A stretch of DNA of 63,023 nt from Chrysochromulina tobinii (Eukaryota), in contig JWZX01003152.1 of NCBI GenBank assembly GCA_001275005.1, forward strand, positions 1-63,023, given 5' to 3'. A program made the translations under genes and the position numbers. The first letter of the stretch is position 1, and every line of letters starts with the position of its first letter. The notes under the pieces are model-generated. The model did no database searches, had not been told where the DNA came from, and worked only from the letters and a program-made list of their open reading frames with translations. Positions 31,226 to 42,882 of this stretch are shown piece by piece.

Positions 31226-32554
31226 TCACTGTCCGGGGTAACGCGGCGGCTGCGGCGCACGGTCGCGCTCGACGGGGATGGGGATCGCTTGTCGCTGTAG
31301 GGAGCCCTGCATGCGTCGGTCGGCCGTTGGGATCAGAAGCCCGCCGGTGCAGCACACGGTGGCGAAGAGGAGGTCGCAGCAGACCATCGGCGCGTCGCAG
31401 TCATACGAGGTCTCACAGGACTGCGGCCCCGTGAGACCGAAGAGGTCCACGCCGCTCTTCGGCGCCGTCTTGGGCGTGCGCAGGTCGCGCAGCCGCTGCT
31501 GCTTGGCCGCATCCTCCGCGCGCTCGCGTGCCGCACGCTCGAGGGGCGTCTCATCGTCAGAAGCCGAGGCCTGCGGGGGTGGCGCGCGCCGCGTTGGGGC
31601 GGCGCGACGACCGTCCTCGCTCTCGGTGCCCTCGGTGCCGGCCTCGCTCGCGCCGCTGCTCGTGCTGCTGAAGCCAAAGTTGAGCAGCGCGTCGGCAAGC
31701 GGTTGGAAGAAAGGCACCGCGGCCTGCGGCGTGGCGTAGCCAGTGGCAGGCCATGCGAAGGCCAGCTGGATGGGCGTCGCGAGGGGCTCCTGGCCCGTCA
31801 GCACGATGTTCTCGAGCCGGTGCTGCCGAATCAAACCATCCTTGTCAAGGTCGTAGACGGACACGCCGTCGATGTGCACGAGCGCGGGCTCACCGTTGAC
31901 GAGGGTCGTGAGGCCAGTGGCCGGGTCGCGCATCCAGAGCTTGGCATTCCAGCGCACGCGGATCTGCGTTCAAGGGAGCGGCAACGGCAGGGTGAGGAAA
32001 TAGACAGGCGAGCGAGCTGACGCCGGGGAGAGGTGTAGGGAGGGGGGGGAAGGGGCCTCAGAGGCGAGGGTGACGGTTCTCACCGACTTGTCGTCCGCAA
32101 CGAGGCGGATGCCGACCTGCGCGTCCTGCATGGTCGTGCGCCGCAGAAAGCGCAGGGCGTCGAAGACGCGCTCGTACTGCTTCTTGCCCGCGAGCCGCTT
32201 GCCCGAGGGGTCGTGCAGTTCGATGTTGTCGGTGAAGATTGACATGTCGGGCCTTTCGGTGAAGAGGCGCGGGTAGTCGTGGCGCAGCACGTCAATCGCA
32301 CGCCCTTGATTGAGCTTGAAGACGGATGGGCCACGCTGCTCCGGCGGCGGCGGCAGGCCCCAAAGGGGCAGGGGCTCTGGCGTGGACTCCTTCTTGGGCG
32401 TGGCGCGTGGCACGGCGGCGATCTCGAGGCGGTCGAGGCGTGCGTTCGACGAGTCGGACGATGAGCTCGTGCTCGACACCCCCGTCGGCGGTCGTGCGCC
32501 GCCGGAGAAGGCCGCCACCGACTCGAGGGCGAGGAAGAGGGCAAGCAAACGCAT
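31226..32554 (-). CDS. Plastid-targeted SnoaL/DUF2358-like protein with Cys-rich tail; intron 31964-32083
   Basis: Presequence ..ESVAA-F; LRHDYP.LF..PD.SIF..I.L.DP..G.K.Y; DGVSVY.LD..G.I..H; G|GTGAGA..CGCAG|ATC joins frames. Confidence 0.8.
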
Positions 32555-32752
32555 CCAGTTTCTACGAAGATGCTCAACCCTGCAATTTTCGTCAATTCGG
32601 TTTCACAGTTCAATCGGAGGACTCGCTCCCTTCCCAAAAGTTGGGTCAATAACTGGCTCACCTCAAACATGTTACACTGACATCTTGTTGGCAAACTTAA
32701 CTTTTATGCATGTGAGCCCATCCGATCTCGAGCCCGACGAGCTCAAGGCGCA

Positions 32753-34109
32753 ATGGCGATCACGCCGACGCTCCTGCTCCTTGTCGCTCCGACCGCTTTC
32801 GCCTTCGTGCCTGCACCTCGACTGGTGCCACGTACCGCGCATTTCTCGCCTCGGCTTGCCATTCGCACCCCGGTGGCGCCCGTCGCCTTTGCCGACCAGG
32901 CGGGCACTCTGGCCGGCACGTTTTTCCAGGCGAGCTTGCTGCCGTACATCGGCTTCCTCTACTTTTTGGGCTATGCGCCCAACAACACGCCAAAGCAGGC
33001 GCTCTTTGGCTTCCAGTTTCTGCTGCTCTTCGTGCTGTCGACCGTCTTCACTGGCATCGTGACCAAGTCGGTCTATGGAGCCTCACTCGCCGACACCGAC
33101 TGGCTTCACGGCGCCGCCGAGGCGCTCCTCACGACGAGCAACCTGTACGTGGCCTCCGGGTTTCGGAACGCGCTTGCCGGCGAGGCGGCGCCCGAGGGCC
33201 CGTCGTTCCGCTTTCCGGCGCTCGCGATCTTTGCGCTCGTCGTGGCGGCGACGGCAGCCGGCCCATCACTGGGCGTCGAGCAGCACAGCGCATTCCTCTA
33301 CGGCATCGGCAACCTCGGCGAGAACCCGCTGGCCGGCGTGCTCGACAGCGTGCGCTCCGAGCCCATCAATGCGCTCTCGCTGCCCACGTGGGCCATCCAC
33401 TTTTCGAGCGTCTTCGAGTGGCTCTTCGCCATGAGTATGCGTCGCTCGAGCACCCTTCCACTCATCTCCACTCATCTCCACCCTGCCTCAGTTCTCCACT
33501 CATCTCCTCTCGCGTGCCCCAAGTCGCGTGCGTTAAGGTTCTCCCTTGACGAGTTTGGCATGCCCCTCCCCTTCCCCCCTACTCGTAGGCTTCGTCGCGC
33601 AGTATGCACAGGCCACGGGCAACGAGCGCTGGCGCTGGCTCACGTACGGCATGCTGCCCCTCCACGCGTCAGGAGTGGCAGCATGCACGTACCATTTCTT
33701 CTACAACTCGGCCGACGTGAGCTTCCTCGTGGCGCTCCAGGCGGGGCTCACCCTCCTCGGCAACTCGACGGTGTGCATCGCCGCGCTGCTCATCGCCCTA
33801 TCCAACGGCTGGACAATCTCCGAACTGAACCCGTTTAAGCCCAAGGGTGAGGCCGGTGAGGCCGGCGAGGCCGCTGCGCCGGCGGCGGCAGTGGTCCCGC
33901 AGCCCGTGATCGCCACTCCGCTGCTCGCCGGTGAGCTGGTGCTGCTCACCGCAGTGTTCAGCTACCTGGTGAAGTATGGCGAGCCGGCGCTCACGCTGCC
34001 ATTCGAGCCGAACGCGCTCGTGGGCTGGGCACTCGTGCTCGGCATCCCTACCTTCGTCGGGTTCCGCTTTGTCGCCGGTGCGTCTGACTCAAACGCGGCA
34101 AGCGCGTAA
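32753..34109 (+). CDS. Plastid membrane protein, DUF3593 + DUF2499 (Ycf49-like) fusion; intron 33435-33588
   Basis: Presequence ..TAFAF; SLLPY.GFL, DWLHG.AE..LT; NALS.PTW.IH.SSV.EW; H.FYN. Confidence 0.85.
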
Positions 34110-34385
34110 ACCTTTAGGTTCAATAGCGTGTGTACTTGCGATGCAAACGTCTAACGTGTGCGTGTGGCCGTGCGGGTGGTGTATCTAAGATACTTGTGGA
34201 ACCGGGCGTCCGGCACAGCGTCGCTTTAATTAACCGAGCCCGGCGCTTTCGCGCTTTGTTTATCCGCAACCCGCATCCGCCGATCCGGACGACGGCAGAA
34301 ACCGCCGACCGCGAACCGGTCGTACCCGCGGCGTTCACAGCAAGTTCACAGCGGTTTCGTCCCAACAGGGCATCACAACCCTGGC

Positions 34386-35411
34386 CTACATTTGTGTCGC
34401 TTCGGGGGATTCTGGCGGCCAGGACGTGTATCGTGTAGCGCTAGCGGCGTGGCGCGGCGAGCTGCTCGCGCCGCCGAACCACTGGCCACGGCCCCAAGCC
34501 GGCGGGTTGAGCCTGGCGAGCCACGCAGCCTTGGCGGCAGCCTCGTAGTTGTCGGCCTGCGCCGGCGGCGGCGCGGCGTCTCTGGTCCGCTCGGCGTCTC
34601 TGGTCCGCGCGGCGTCTCTGGTGGTCTCGGTCTCGTCGGTGAACATCGCAATGAGCCGGTCCTCCACTTCCTCCGCCGACCGGCACGGCGTGTCGTAGAG
34701 GACGGAGCCCGACCAGCGGAAGCGCTTCAGGACTCCTCCGAGTTCCTCGTCGCCGAGCAGGATGGTCTCGCACTCGAGCGAGAGACCCTCGAAGTTGAGC
34801 TGCGAGAGAGTCGCCTTCTCGAGTTGCTCTGTGGGCGCGAACGCGTCGCGCAGATGCCGCAGCGCGTAGAACTTGAGCAGCTTACCGAACTGCCTGTTCA
34901 TCAGCGCCATCTCAGCGTCCAGCTGACGCTGCTGGTCGGCGTAGACCGGAGGGAGCTCTGTCTGATGGGCGTCGAGGGCGCGCATGCTGAGCTGAGCGAA
35001 CGCCGTGCGCATATCGGCAGCACACTGCGGGCATGGGAAGGTTGGCCAGTCCACGTGCAGTGGCACCGCGATGCAGCGCTGATCATGTGACGAGCACAAT
35101 ACCTCTTCCACCGTGATGCCGTAGTCATCGACTCCCACGATTCGAACTGCCGCGAGCGCCTCTTTGGACCAATCCACGCCGTCAAAGTCTCCAATGCTCC
35201 TCGCAATCCGCAGCAGCTCCTCGTGGTGCTCAGCCGAGTTGAACTCTCTCAAAAAGTCGTCCTCCATTTGCTTCGAGTATGGCATCATTTTAGGCGACGG
35301 AAAGCTGCGAACTGCGCTCGAAGGCAGCGCCGCATGAAGTAGTGCCCCGCCGAGCAACAGCCCGACGGGGCTGGCGTCGCCGCGCGTTGGCGTAATTGTG
35401 GGTCCTTTCAT
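34386..35411 (-). CDS. Hypothetical protein with two DUF2470-like (HugZ N-domain-like) units
   Basis: Two units of pattern (F/M)N..(H/F)..L..A ... (V/L)(D/N)..G; hydrophobic N-terminus. Confidence 0.5.
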   Translation of the reverse strand: MKGPTITPTRGDASPVGLLLGGALLHAALPSSAVRSFPSPKMMPYSKQMEDDFLREFNSAEHHEELLRIARSIGDFDGVDWSKEALAAVRIVGVDDYGITVEEVLCSSHDQRCIAVPLHVDWPTFPCPQCAADMRTAFAQLSMRALDAHQTELPPVYADQQRQLDAEMALMNRQFGKLLKFYALRHLRDAFAPTEQLEKATLSQLNFEGLSLECETILLGDEELGGVLKRFRWSGSVLYDTPCRSAEEVEDRLIAMFTDETETTRDAARTRDAERTRDAAPPPAQADNYEAAAKAAWLARLNPPAWGRGQWFGGASSSPRHAASATRYTSWPPESPEATQM

Positions 35412-35705
35412 GCGTAATTGCGGACTTGTGGTTCGTCAAATTTTGTTCACACATTCACACAAATGAGCGCATTCTAATTCTCGGATTTCGCTTCTCGGTG
35501 TCGTACATCCGAGCGTCCATGTATTCATCTTTTGACCGACAAGCGTGTAACGTCAATTCCGGCGTACACTTTTCGCAAAAGCGACGGCGGAGGCAATCTC
35601 TTAAGCCACCGGCATTTACAGGACGCCAATTGAATTTCCCAACGAGCAACGTTGAATGAACTTGAGCAGCGGTAGGGCGTCGCACGGCGTGGCCACACTG
35701 GCTCT

Positions 35706-36116
35706 TCACACCGACTTGTTCTTCGCGAACGACAAGACGTGGAGCACCGCGAGCATTCCCGTCAGCGCGCCGATCATCCCAGTTTGGAGCCAGTAGGCGC
35801 TAGTCGACGCGCCCGCAGGGAGGACCTTGCGAAGGTCGTCCGAAGCGTTTATCGCGCTGAGGCCCACCGTCGTGAGCGCAAGCGACGCAACAACATACGG
35901 TACGACGGCGCGGTGGCGCGCGGCCGCGAGGTTCAGGATCGCATACGTGCCCGCGCAGAAGGAGATGATCTTGTCTTGGTAGGGGTGAAATGGCGTGTCA
36001 TAGTAGATAAAGAGTATGGGCACTTTGAAGCCCACCCAGTGCGCAGCTGACATGGCGACAAAGTAACCGATGTTTGCGTACAGCGCGAGCGAGAGGAGGC
36101 CCGTCGGTGGCTCCAT
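35706..36116 (-). CDS. Small multi-TM hypothetical protein
   Basis: 136-aa ATG ORF, about four TM helices, P.LFIYY..P...YQDKIISF motif. Confidence 0.75.
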   Translation of the reverse strand: MEPPTGLLSLALYANIGYFVAMSAAHWVGFKVPILFIYYDTPFHPYQDKIISFCAGTYAILNLAAARHRAVVPYVVASLALTTVGLSAINASDDLRKVLPAGASTSAYWLQTGMIGALTGMLAVLHVLSFAKNKSV

Positions 36117-36358
36117 CGAGCGCACGCTGCGTGTGTGCGTGTGGGGGCGGGTAAGAGTGGAGAGGGAGGAACGGGAAGCGTGGGAGGCGAGCCACCGCGC
36201 CACGTGTTCGCGAAGGCATCCATGCGTGTGGCGCACCCCTCTTTGTGTGTGCTCGGGTTGTGAAATAAGGTGGCGGAGTGTGGAGAATTTTTATCAAATC
36301 ACACGGGCAAGGGATCGACAAATTTTCCGCGTTCACATCTTCGCGTTCACTTTTTGCG

Positions 36359-36982
36359 ATGGTGCGACTCATCGTGGTGCTCCTGTGCAGCGCGCGAGCA
36401 GACGCGTTCCGATTTCTTGCGGGCCGCTTTGCGACCAGCACGCAACTCACGACCGTAGTCTCAAGGACGCATCCGAAAATGTTTCCGAACAGTCTCGACA
36501 CTGAGAGTAATACTGGCGATGCGTGCGCTCTCCTGCCGTACCCGCCGTACCCTGGCGTGGCTCCTGGGTTGATCTTCGGCGAGGTGGAGCTGGCCGAAAT
36601 GGAGGACAGTCAGGAAACGCGCACGCAACTGTTTCTGCATGGGGATGGCACCGTCAAATCCGGTGCGACCAATGGGCCTCCGCCTGTGGCCATGTGCGGC
36701 CTTTGGCAGTGCGGCAGTATTGGGTTCCAAATGGTCCTCCAGCGCACGTTTACCGCCTCGCGGGGTACCAGATATACGGTGACGCGCGTGTACACGGGCG
36801 CCGTGAACGCGGACAGCAAAGGCGTCGACGCGGTGCTCGGCAGGATGGGCTTCTATCCTACCGATGAGGAGCTGGAGGGCGTGAGCATCTTCGGTGACAA
36901 CGGACTGGGCGGTGCGACGGCCATCGGCTACTTCTCCATCGACGGGAATACGCAGGCCGAATTGCAACGGAAGAATGCTTGA
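36359..36982 (+). CDS. Plastid-targeted hypothetical beta-rich protein
   Basis: MVRLIVVLLCSARADA-F presequence; clean ORF. Confidence 0.75.
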   Translation: MVRLIVVLLCSARADAFRFLAGRFATSTQLTTVVSRTHPKMFPNSLDTESNTGDACALLPYPPYPGVAPGLIFGEVELAEMEDSQETRTQLFLHGDGTVKSGATNGPPPVAMCGLWQCGSIGFQMVLQRTFTASRGTRYTVTRVYTGAVNADSKGVDAVLGRMGFYPTDEELEGVSIFGDNGLGGATAIGYFSIDGNTQAELQRKNA

Positions 36983-37358
36983 TATCGCTATCCCGTATGC
37001 TCTGGATGCCCATGCAGACTATGGATAGAATGGATTACAGACGGGATTACACAACGTTCTTTGCGCTTTGATTCGCTCCGGCCTGTGATTACCTCCCCTG
37101 CTGGCTTCCGGAGCACATTCGATAGGCTTCCGTATGGTTGTCTGTTGTTTATGTAGTAACTGAACTGAACTGCGGAAGGAGTACCGGTAGATACCCATTA
37201 GAGAGACTCTTAATCTTTAAAAGAAAAGAGCACTTCTGCGGCAAATACCCTGACCGTCACTTCCAGGCCAATGCATCTCGCACTTTGACGAATTCCCTGG
37301 CTGCACAGCACACGAGCATCCACTCAGGGCCTCTGTGTGTGAGAGAGAGTGCCAGGAC

Positions 37359-39182
37359 ATGCGACCATGGCTTCTGCTTGTGAGCACGTTCTGCGCCGCA
37401 ACTGCGTGCACGCCCAGCCGTCCGCAGCTGCAGCTCCACACGCCGAATGTCGTGCTGCTCGCCGCCACGAGTCGAGAACGGAACCAGAATGTCCGTCGTC
37501 AGCAGTCAGAATCGCCACTTAACCGTGCGCTAGACAACGTTCTGGCCGACCCTGTGCCTGCCCTGGGTTTAGCAGCACTCGTCGCCGCTGCTGGGCCTGC
37601 TGTGTATCGGGCGGCATTCAACGGCAGACCTCGCACGCTGTGGTGGCCGTCCACGAGCCGGCGTGGCAGCCTCGCTGGGGCACGGAGTGCTCGCACAGTC
37701 GATGGTGCCCTAGATGACGCGAAGACAGTCGCGTTAGCGCGTGCGTTGCTCGCAGCATGGGACGCCGGCAGCGCTGATCAGGCCGAGAGCACGGCTACCG
37801 TCGAGGCGGCACTTGGCTTGCTAGCACTCGAGTTTGCGCAGCGCGGCGGTGAGGACGCGGCGCAACTCCGACGCCTGATGCGCTTGGTTGCGGCGCACAG
37901 CAGTGGCACACAGCAGACCGTCAGCGCGTTGCGCAAGGCGACGACGGCCGCCGCACGCATGGCATTCGGGAGCGGCCGCGATGGCAACGCCTTCGCTATC
38001 AGCCAACGGGACGGCGCGTGCGGCGCCTTGCTGCTGCTCTGTCAATCTTTGTTTCCCCGGGAGACGCTCGAGGCCCTTTCCCGGGAGGTCGTGGCGCTCG
38101 AGGCGGGTGTGCGACGCGCCTTCTTCGGCTTCGAGGGCGAGGAGGAGCGTGGCGTACGCTTGCGTGACGAGTGCGCGCGCAGGTTGTTCACGCTCGAGGC
38201 GCGCCGCGTGCTCCGTGCCTCGGGAGCCGGCTCTGGCGGGGCACGCGCCGTCTTGAGCACGCCCACGTGGCGAAGGCCGCTCGATGAGCTACCCGGCCTG
38301 ATGCGCTTGGCCCCTTCGATGTTCGTTGGGCCGCTGCTGCTGATCGTGCAGGAGCTGCTGCAGACGGAGCTCGAGCGCGCGCTTGCGGCATGGCTCCAAG
38401 CTCGCGGACGCACCGGGGGAAGGCTTCCGGAGCTCTCGGAGATCTCCACGGAGATTGCGAGCTCGTCCACGGAGATTGCGAGTTCGGTGCCGTCCGTGGA
38501 GCTACCAGTACAGACCCCTGCGGCTGCCGCGATGGAGCGCGCCGCGTTTGCGATGGCTTCGAGTGCCGCGCGGCTGGCACGTAGCTGCCTCGAGCTCGGC
38601 GGTCCCTCGACGGCCGTTGCTTCGACGGAGCCGCAGCTGCCTTCCGGCGTGACGCTCAGCGACGCGACCAAAGCGGCACTCGCAACCCTGCCTGACGCGG
38701 CGAAGAAGGAGCTGCTTGAAAAGTTCGGCGCTCTCGCGGCGAGCCCAGGAGCTGATGATGAAGAGGGCGATCTGGCCATGCGAGATTGCGATCTGACCGC
38801 TCGAGATCGCGACCTGCGCCTCGAGAAGCTGCGGAGCGTCGGCGTGCTGTCACCCGCGCGCCATCGCTTCTACCAGGCGGCCGTGCGAGTTGCCGTCCTC
38901 GAGGAGGTGGCGCGCGTGGCGTCGGGTGGCGTGCGGCCTGCGGCAGCCGAGGGGACTGGGTCTGATGATACCATTGGGCTATCCATCGAGGATTGCGTCG
39001 TGCTGCGCCGGCTGCTTGCGGTGCTGCCTACCAGCGCCGCCGCAGGCGCGAGTGCCGCCTTGAAGGCTGCGGCGGGGACGGTGGAGATGGCAACCGTCGA
39101 CCTCACGTCGATTGAGCGCAGGCTCGAGCTCACACAGCAAGATTTCTACCCGGGTGACTACCGGGGTTTCTATGGGCTTTGA
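37359..39182 (+). CDS. Hypothetical helical protein with signal peptide
   Basis: MRPWLLLVSTFCAATA; 607-aa ORF. Confidence 0.65.
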   Translation: MRPWLLLVSTFCAATACTPSRPQLQLHTPNVVLLAATSRERNQNVRRQQSESPLNRALDNVLADPVPALGLAALVAAAGPAVYRAAFNGRPRTLWWPSTSRRGSLAGARSARTVDGALDDAKTVALARALLAAWDAGSADQAESTATVEAALGLLALEFAQRGGEDAAQLRRLMRLVAAHSSGTQQTVSALRKATTAAARMAFGSGRDGNAFAISQRDGACGALLLLCQSLFPRETLEALSREVVALEAGVRRAFFGFEGEEERGVRLRDECARRLFTLEARRVLRASGAGSGGARAVLSTPTWRRPLDELPGLMRLAPSMFVGPLLLIVQELLQTELERALAAWLQARGRTGGRLPELSEISTEIASSSTEIASSVPSVELPVQTPAAAAMERAAFAMASSAARLARSCLELGGPSTAVASTEPQLPSGVTLSDATKAALATLPDAAKKELLEKFGALAASPGADDEEGDLAMRDCDLTARDRDLRLEKLRSVGVLSPARHRFYQAAVRVAVLEEVARVASGGVRPAAAEGTGSDDTIGLSIEDCVVLRRLLAVLPTSAAAGASAALKAAAGTVEMATVDLTSIERRLELTQQDFYPGDYRGFYGL

Positions 39183-39660
39183 GGTAGAAACCACTTTCTA
39201 CCCACCTTTCTACCAGGTAGAAACTCCCGGACCAGGGGTTGAAAGGTCAGGGGCACGGCTATAGGCAGTTACAGCTTTACCATAATAGGCAAGATACTTG
39301 AAGACGGTTCTGTGACATGAGTCGGTACCATGGTAGCTGTGTTCCGGTGCGGAATGCGCGCGGTGGGTGTTTTCAATTACATGTTGTGTTCACCATCACC
39401 TGCACTTCCTTGTACTAGATTCGAGGCGGATACATGTACTTTTATGCAGGTATGTTCTCGCGCGCGGCGCCTTCAAGCCATTCCTTATCGCAATGATAGA
39501 ACCACGCATCAGCATCACATTGGCGCATTGGGGTTTTGGGGAGATGCTCTCCAAGTACAGAAGAAAGGCATCCTCCTCAGCGGCGTTTCAACCCGTGCAG
39601 CAGTCCTGCCCCCAAGCTTTTTGGGGCGCAGCAGCTCCCCCGTGAGATTGGCGATGGCTC

Positions 39661-41346
39661 TCACACGTCCGCAGCACTGCCTCCGGCCGCCGCCGCCGGG
39701 GCCGCTGCACCGCCGCCGCCACGTCCGCTGCCGCCTCGGCCGCCGGCGCTTCTGCCGCCGCCGCCACCGCCGCCTCTGCCATCTGCCGGCGGCAGAGGCT
39801 GGCAGATGTGGTTCAGGCGCTCGGCGTGCTGCCGATTGTGGATCTGCGTGCGGCAGCCGATGCCGTGCCAGCAGTCTGATCGGCGCGTCACTGCGTCGGG
39901 CAGATCAGCAGCCGGCAGTTCGGCACGGTATTGGAACACGAGAGCATCGAAGATCTGCTCGAAGCACCGGTGGCACGTCAGTCCGTCGAGATCCGACACC
40001 GCGACGCCGGGCCCCATGCCGACGATGTCTCTCACAATCATGGTGCCCGCCTCCGCGCGCGCGAGGCACTCGATGTACAGGTCAGCGATGCCCTTGCCCT
40101 TGCCAGAGAGGTACGTGGTAAGCACATCGCGCTCGAAGCCGTTACCGAGAGCGCTCGTCGTTAGCACAGGCGGGCGGCGGGTGCGCAGTGGCGACATTAA
40201 GTGGGTCTCAGTGGGATGCCGGCACTGCGCGCACGGAGTCCGCTGCGCGCGGCGCATCTGCTGCTGCATCAGGAGCATCTGAGCCATGAGGTAGCCCGGC
40301 GGGAGGCCGTCGTAGTCATCGTCGTCCTCGTCCTCGCCCTCGCCGTCGTCGTCGTCGTCGTCGTCGTCGCTGAGCTCGCCCAACTCGCCGCCGTCGGCGC
40401 GGTCCCGCTTGCGCAGCTGCTTAGGCTGGTTACCGAGCGTGTCTTCCTTGTCAAGGCGCGCAAGCTCCTCGGGGTCGCGACGCTTGTCAGGGTGCGTGCT
40501 CAGATACATATCCACGATGTTCGCCAGCGCGTGGTTGCGCGAGACGACGCGCACTGGCTGCCGGCACTGGGGGCACTCGATCTTGCGCTTCATCCACTCG
40601 GAGAAGCACGCGCCGCAAAAGGAATGCATGCACGGCTGCAGGGCCACCGGCCGATGCATTAGGTCTTGGCAGATGCCGCACATGAGCTCCTTTTCGAGCG
40701 CTGAGCCATCGTCCACCGGGGCAGAGCCAGAGGCGGCGGACGAGGAGGCGGCGACCATCGTTGCACTCCCAGCCCCGGAGGACGCGCCCGCGCCCGAGGC
40801 CGCGGCGGCCGAAGGCGCGGCGGCGCTCGAGATGCCTGCGGCGGCGGCAGTGGCCGCCGCCGCGACTGCTGCACTGGTCGCTTCGGCTGCCGCGCCGGCG
40901 AGCAGCACGAATCTGAACTTTGTGGATGAGTCGCTGGCGACTGACGGCGCGACGATGGCGATCTCGTCGTCATCGAGCAGCACGCGCAGCCGTCCCTTGC
41001 CCACCTTGGTTCCATTCACAAAGGTTCCGTTTGACGAGAGGTCCTCGAGGATGGCGTTGGCGCCGTCGTGCGAGAGGCGCGCGTGCACCCCGCTCACCTT
41101 GTTGTCGGTGAGACGGAGCGTGCAGCTCTCGGCGCGGCCCAGCGTGTACGGCCCACCGTCCATCTCCAGCACCAGCGCGTCGCCACTGGCCGCGCGCAGC
41201 TGGCCCCACGCTGGCTTGGGTGCGTGGCCAGACTCAGGAGACACCTCGTCGTCTTCGGTGCCGCCGTCAAGGCCGTCGTCGTCGCACTGGGTCGAAGGGA
41301 GCGCGGCTGGGGCTGGGCTGGGCTCGTCCGGCTGCGTGTCGCCCAT
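39661..41346 (-). CDS. CHFR: CHFR-like E3 ligase (FHA + RING + Cys-rich/PBZ)
   Basis: FHA LGR..C...VS..H...DLSSNGT; RING CGIC...C.H.FC..C...CPQC; PBZ DCWHG..CRTQ.H...HA....HIC. Confidence 0.9.
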   Translation of the reverse strand: MGDTQPDEPSPAPAALPSTQCDDDGLDGGTEDDEVSPESGHAPKPAWGQLRAASGDALVLEMDGGPYTLGRAESCTLRLTDNKVSGVHARLSHDGANAILEDLSSNGTFVNGTKVGKGRLRVLLDDDEIAIVAPSVASDSSTKFRFVLLAGAAAEATSAAVAAAATAAAAGISSAAAPSAAAASGAGASSGAGSATMVAASSSAASGSAPVDDGSALEKELMCGICQDLMHRPVALQPCMHSFCGACFSEWMKRKIECPQCRQPVRVVSRNHALANIVDMYLSTHPDKRRDPEELARLDKEDTLGNQPKQLRKRDRADGGELGELSDDDDDDDDGEGEDEDDDDYDGLPPGYLMAQMLLMQQQMRRAQRTPCAQCRHPTETHLMSPLRTRRPPVLTTSALGNGFERDVLTTYLSGKGKGIADLYIECLARAEAGTMIVRDIVGMGPGVAVSDLDGLTCHRCFEQIFDALVFQYRAELPAADLPDAVTRRSDCWHGIGCRTQIHNRQHAERLNHICQPLPPADGRGGGGGGGRSAGGRGGSGRGGGGAAAPAAAAGGSAADV

Positions 41347-41750
41347 CGTAAGTGGAGCCGTGACACGGCGGCAGCCAGGAAGGTCCAGGCCGCGCTGACT
41401 AGACGGGCTGCGTCAGGCGCACACCTTCAAAAGGATTTCATGTGTGAACACTCTTGTGCATGCAAGAGGGGGAAGGGGGGAAGTTTTTCTCGGCGTTGAT
41501 ACGCCAGGTTCCCCAACGCACGCGCTGTGCGTTCGCCTCACCTATCATGGCATCCCGCGGGAGAGGACATATCATGCGAGGGCCGAGATGGATCGCCGCG
41601 AGATGTGCGAGCGTCGCCCGAGCGCCGAGCCGGACGTTCCGCCTCGAGCACGGATCTCTGCACACGCACCTGCTCCTAGGCGGTCCTGTGTGCTCATGGG
41701 CGGCATGTGCGGCGTCGAGAAGCCATAGGGGCCGCGCTTGCCCTTGGGCT

Positions 41751-42567
41751 TCAGGCCATCCACGTGCACCCCGACGGCGGCGGCGACGACCACTTGTAGA
41801 CGACCACCGGGCCCCAGCACTCTCGGCCAAAGACGCGTGCGCCGAGCTTGCCCTCAGGCTGCACGAGCCAGACCGTGTACCCGAGTGCTTCCTTGTTGGT
41901 GACGCGCGCGAGATCCTCCTTGGTCATCCCGCCCGCTTCCAGTATGGAGAGCCCTTGCTTCTTACTGCGCACTGAAATCGGGGCAGCCTTGGAAGAGGGT
42001 GTTGAAGGCGTGTGTGAACGCCCAGCCGTCGCTGTTGGTGTCCAGCTTCATGATGTAGTAGATCCACGCGTCAAAGCCCGCCATGGTGTTCGGGGAATAT
42101 GGTGCCGGAAGATGCCAGCCAGCGTAGCACCAATAGCGTGCCACAATGTTGACCGCCTCTCCTCGATGAGCGTGTTCGCGTTCTAGCTTGCGCGCCACCC
42201 CCTCGCCTCGAGAACTTTCTTCTTCGTGCTCATGAGCACGGCATCAGAGCGAGTCAAGGAGCGAGTTGCGCGTGCAGGCGCGAGTAGTGAGGGCGGCAGG
42301 TGCTGCAGCCGCGCACTGCCTGCCTGATTGCCCGTGCACGATGTGTACGAGCGTAACTCCGCGTAGACCTCGCCGGCCCGATACGTGACAACCACCCCAC
42401 CGCCTTCGATGAAGCGGGGCCACCCGGAGTCCCGGACCATCGGTCATCCCCATGGTATCCCCACATGTCGTAGTTCGAGCCAGGAGCTCCTTGAGCATGG
42501 TCTCGACGTTGCTGTTCTCTGCAGCGATGCCTGAAGCGTTTGCGGCACCAGAAGGAGTTCCCGACAT
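41751..42567 (-). pseudogene. Fragmented, frameshifted coding relic (pseudogene or decayed element)
   Basis: Four abutting or overlapping protein-like ORF pieces in different frames on one strand. Confidence 0.35.
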
Positions 42568-42581
42568 GGTGCGGCCTAGGT

Positions 42582-42717
42582 GCGCTGTTCCTGTTGCGGC
42601 CTGAGGTTGATCCTTCTCGGATCATCGGATTTAGGATCATCGGATTTAGAGTTCGGCGCTGTTCCTGTTGCGGCCTGAGGTTGATCCTTCTCGGATCATC
42701 GGATTTAGAGTTCGGCG
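42582..42717. repeat. Tandem duplication of a ~60-nt unit with an internal 15-nt duplication
   Basis: GCGCTGTTCCTGTTGCGGCCTGAGGTTGATCCTTCTCGGATCATCGGATTTAG twice; GATCATCGGATTTAG extra copy. Confidence 0.9.
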
Positions 42718-42882
42718 ATGCGCTTCTCGCAGTGCCAGTTGTATGTCCTGTGGACGCGCGGGCCTTGGCCTCAAAGGGCGCGGATGCGTCGCTGCCTCGA
42801 CTTGAGGCGCTCGCGACGACTCCCCGGGAACCTGTTCCACACAGAATGTTTCGTCGGGACCAGTCACAATCCGCAACCTAGA

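Noticed and set aside
39183..39223. TTTCTAC...GTAGA resembles a Cas12a direct-repeat stem
   Set aside because: No repeat-spacer periodicity, no cas or Fanzor ORF recognised, eukaryotic context
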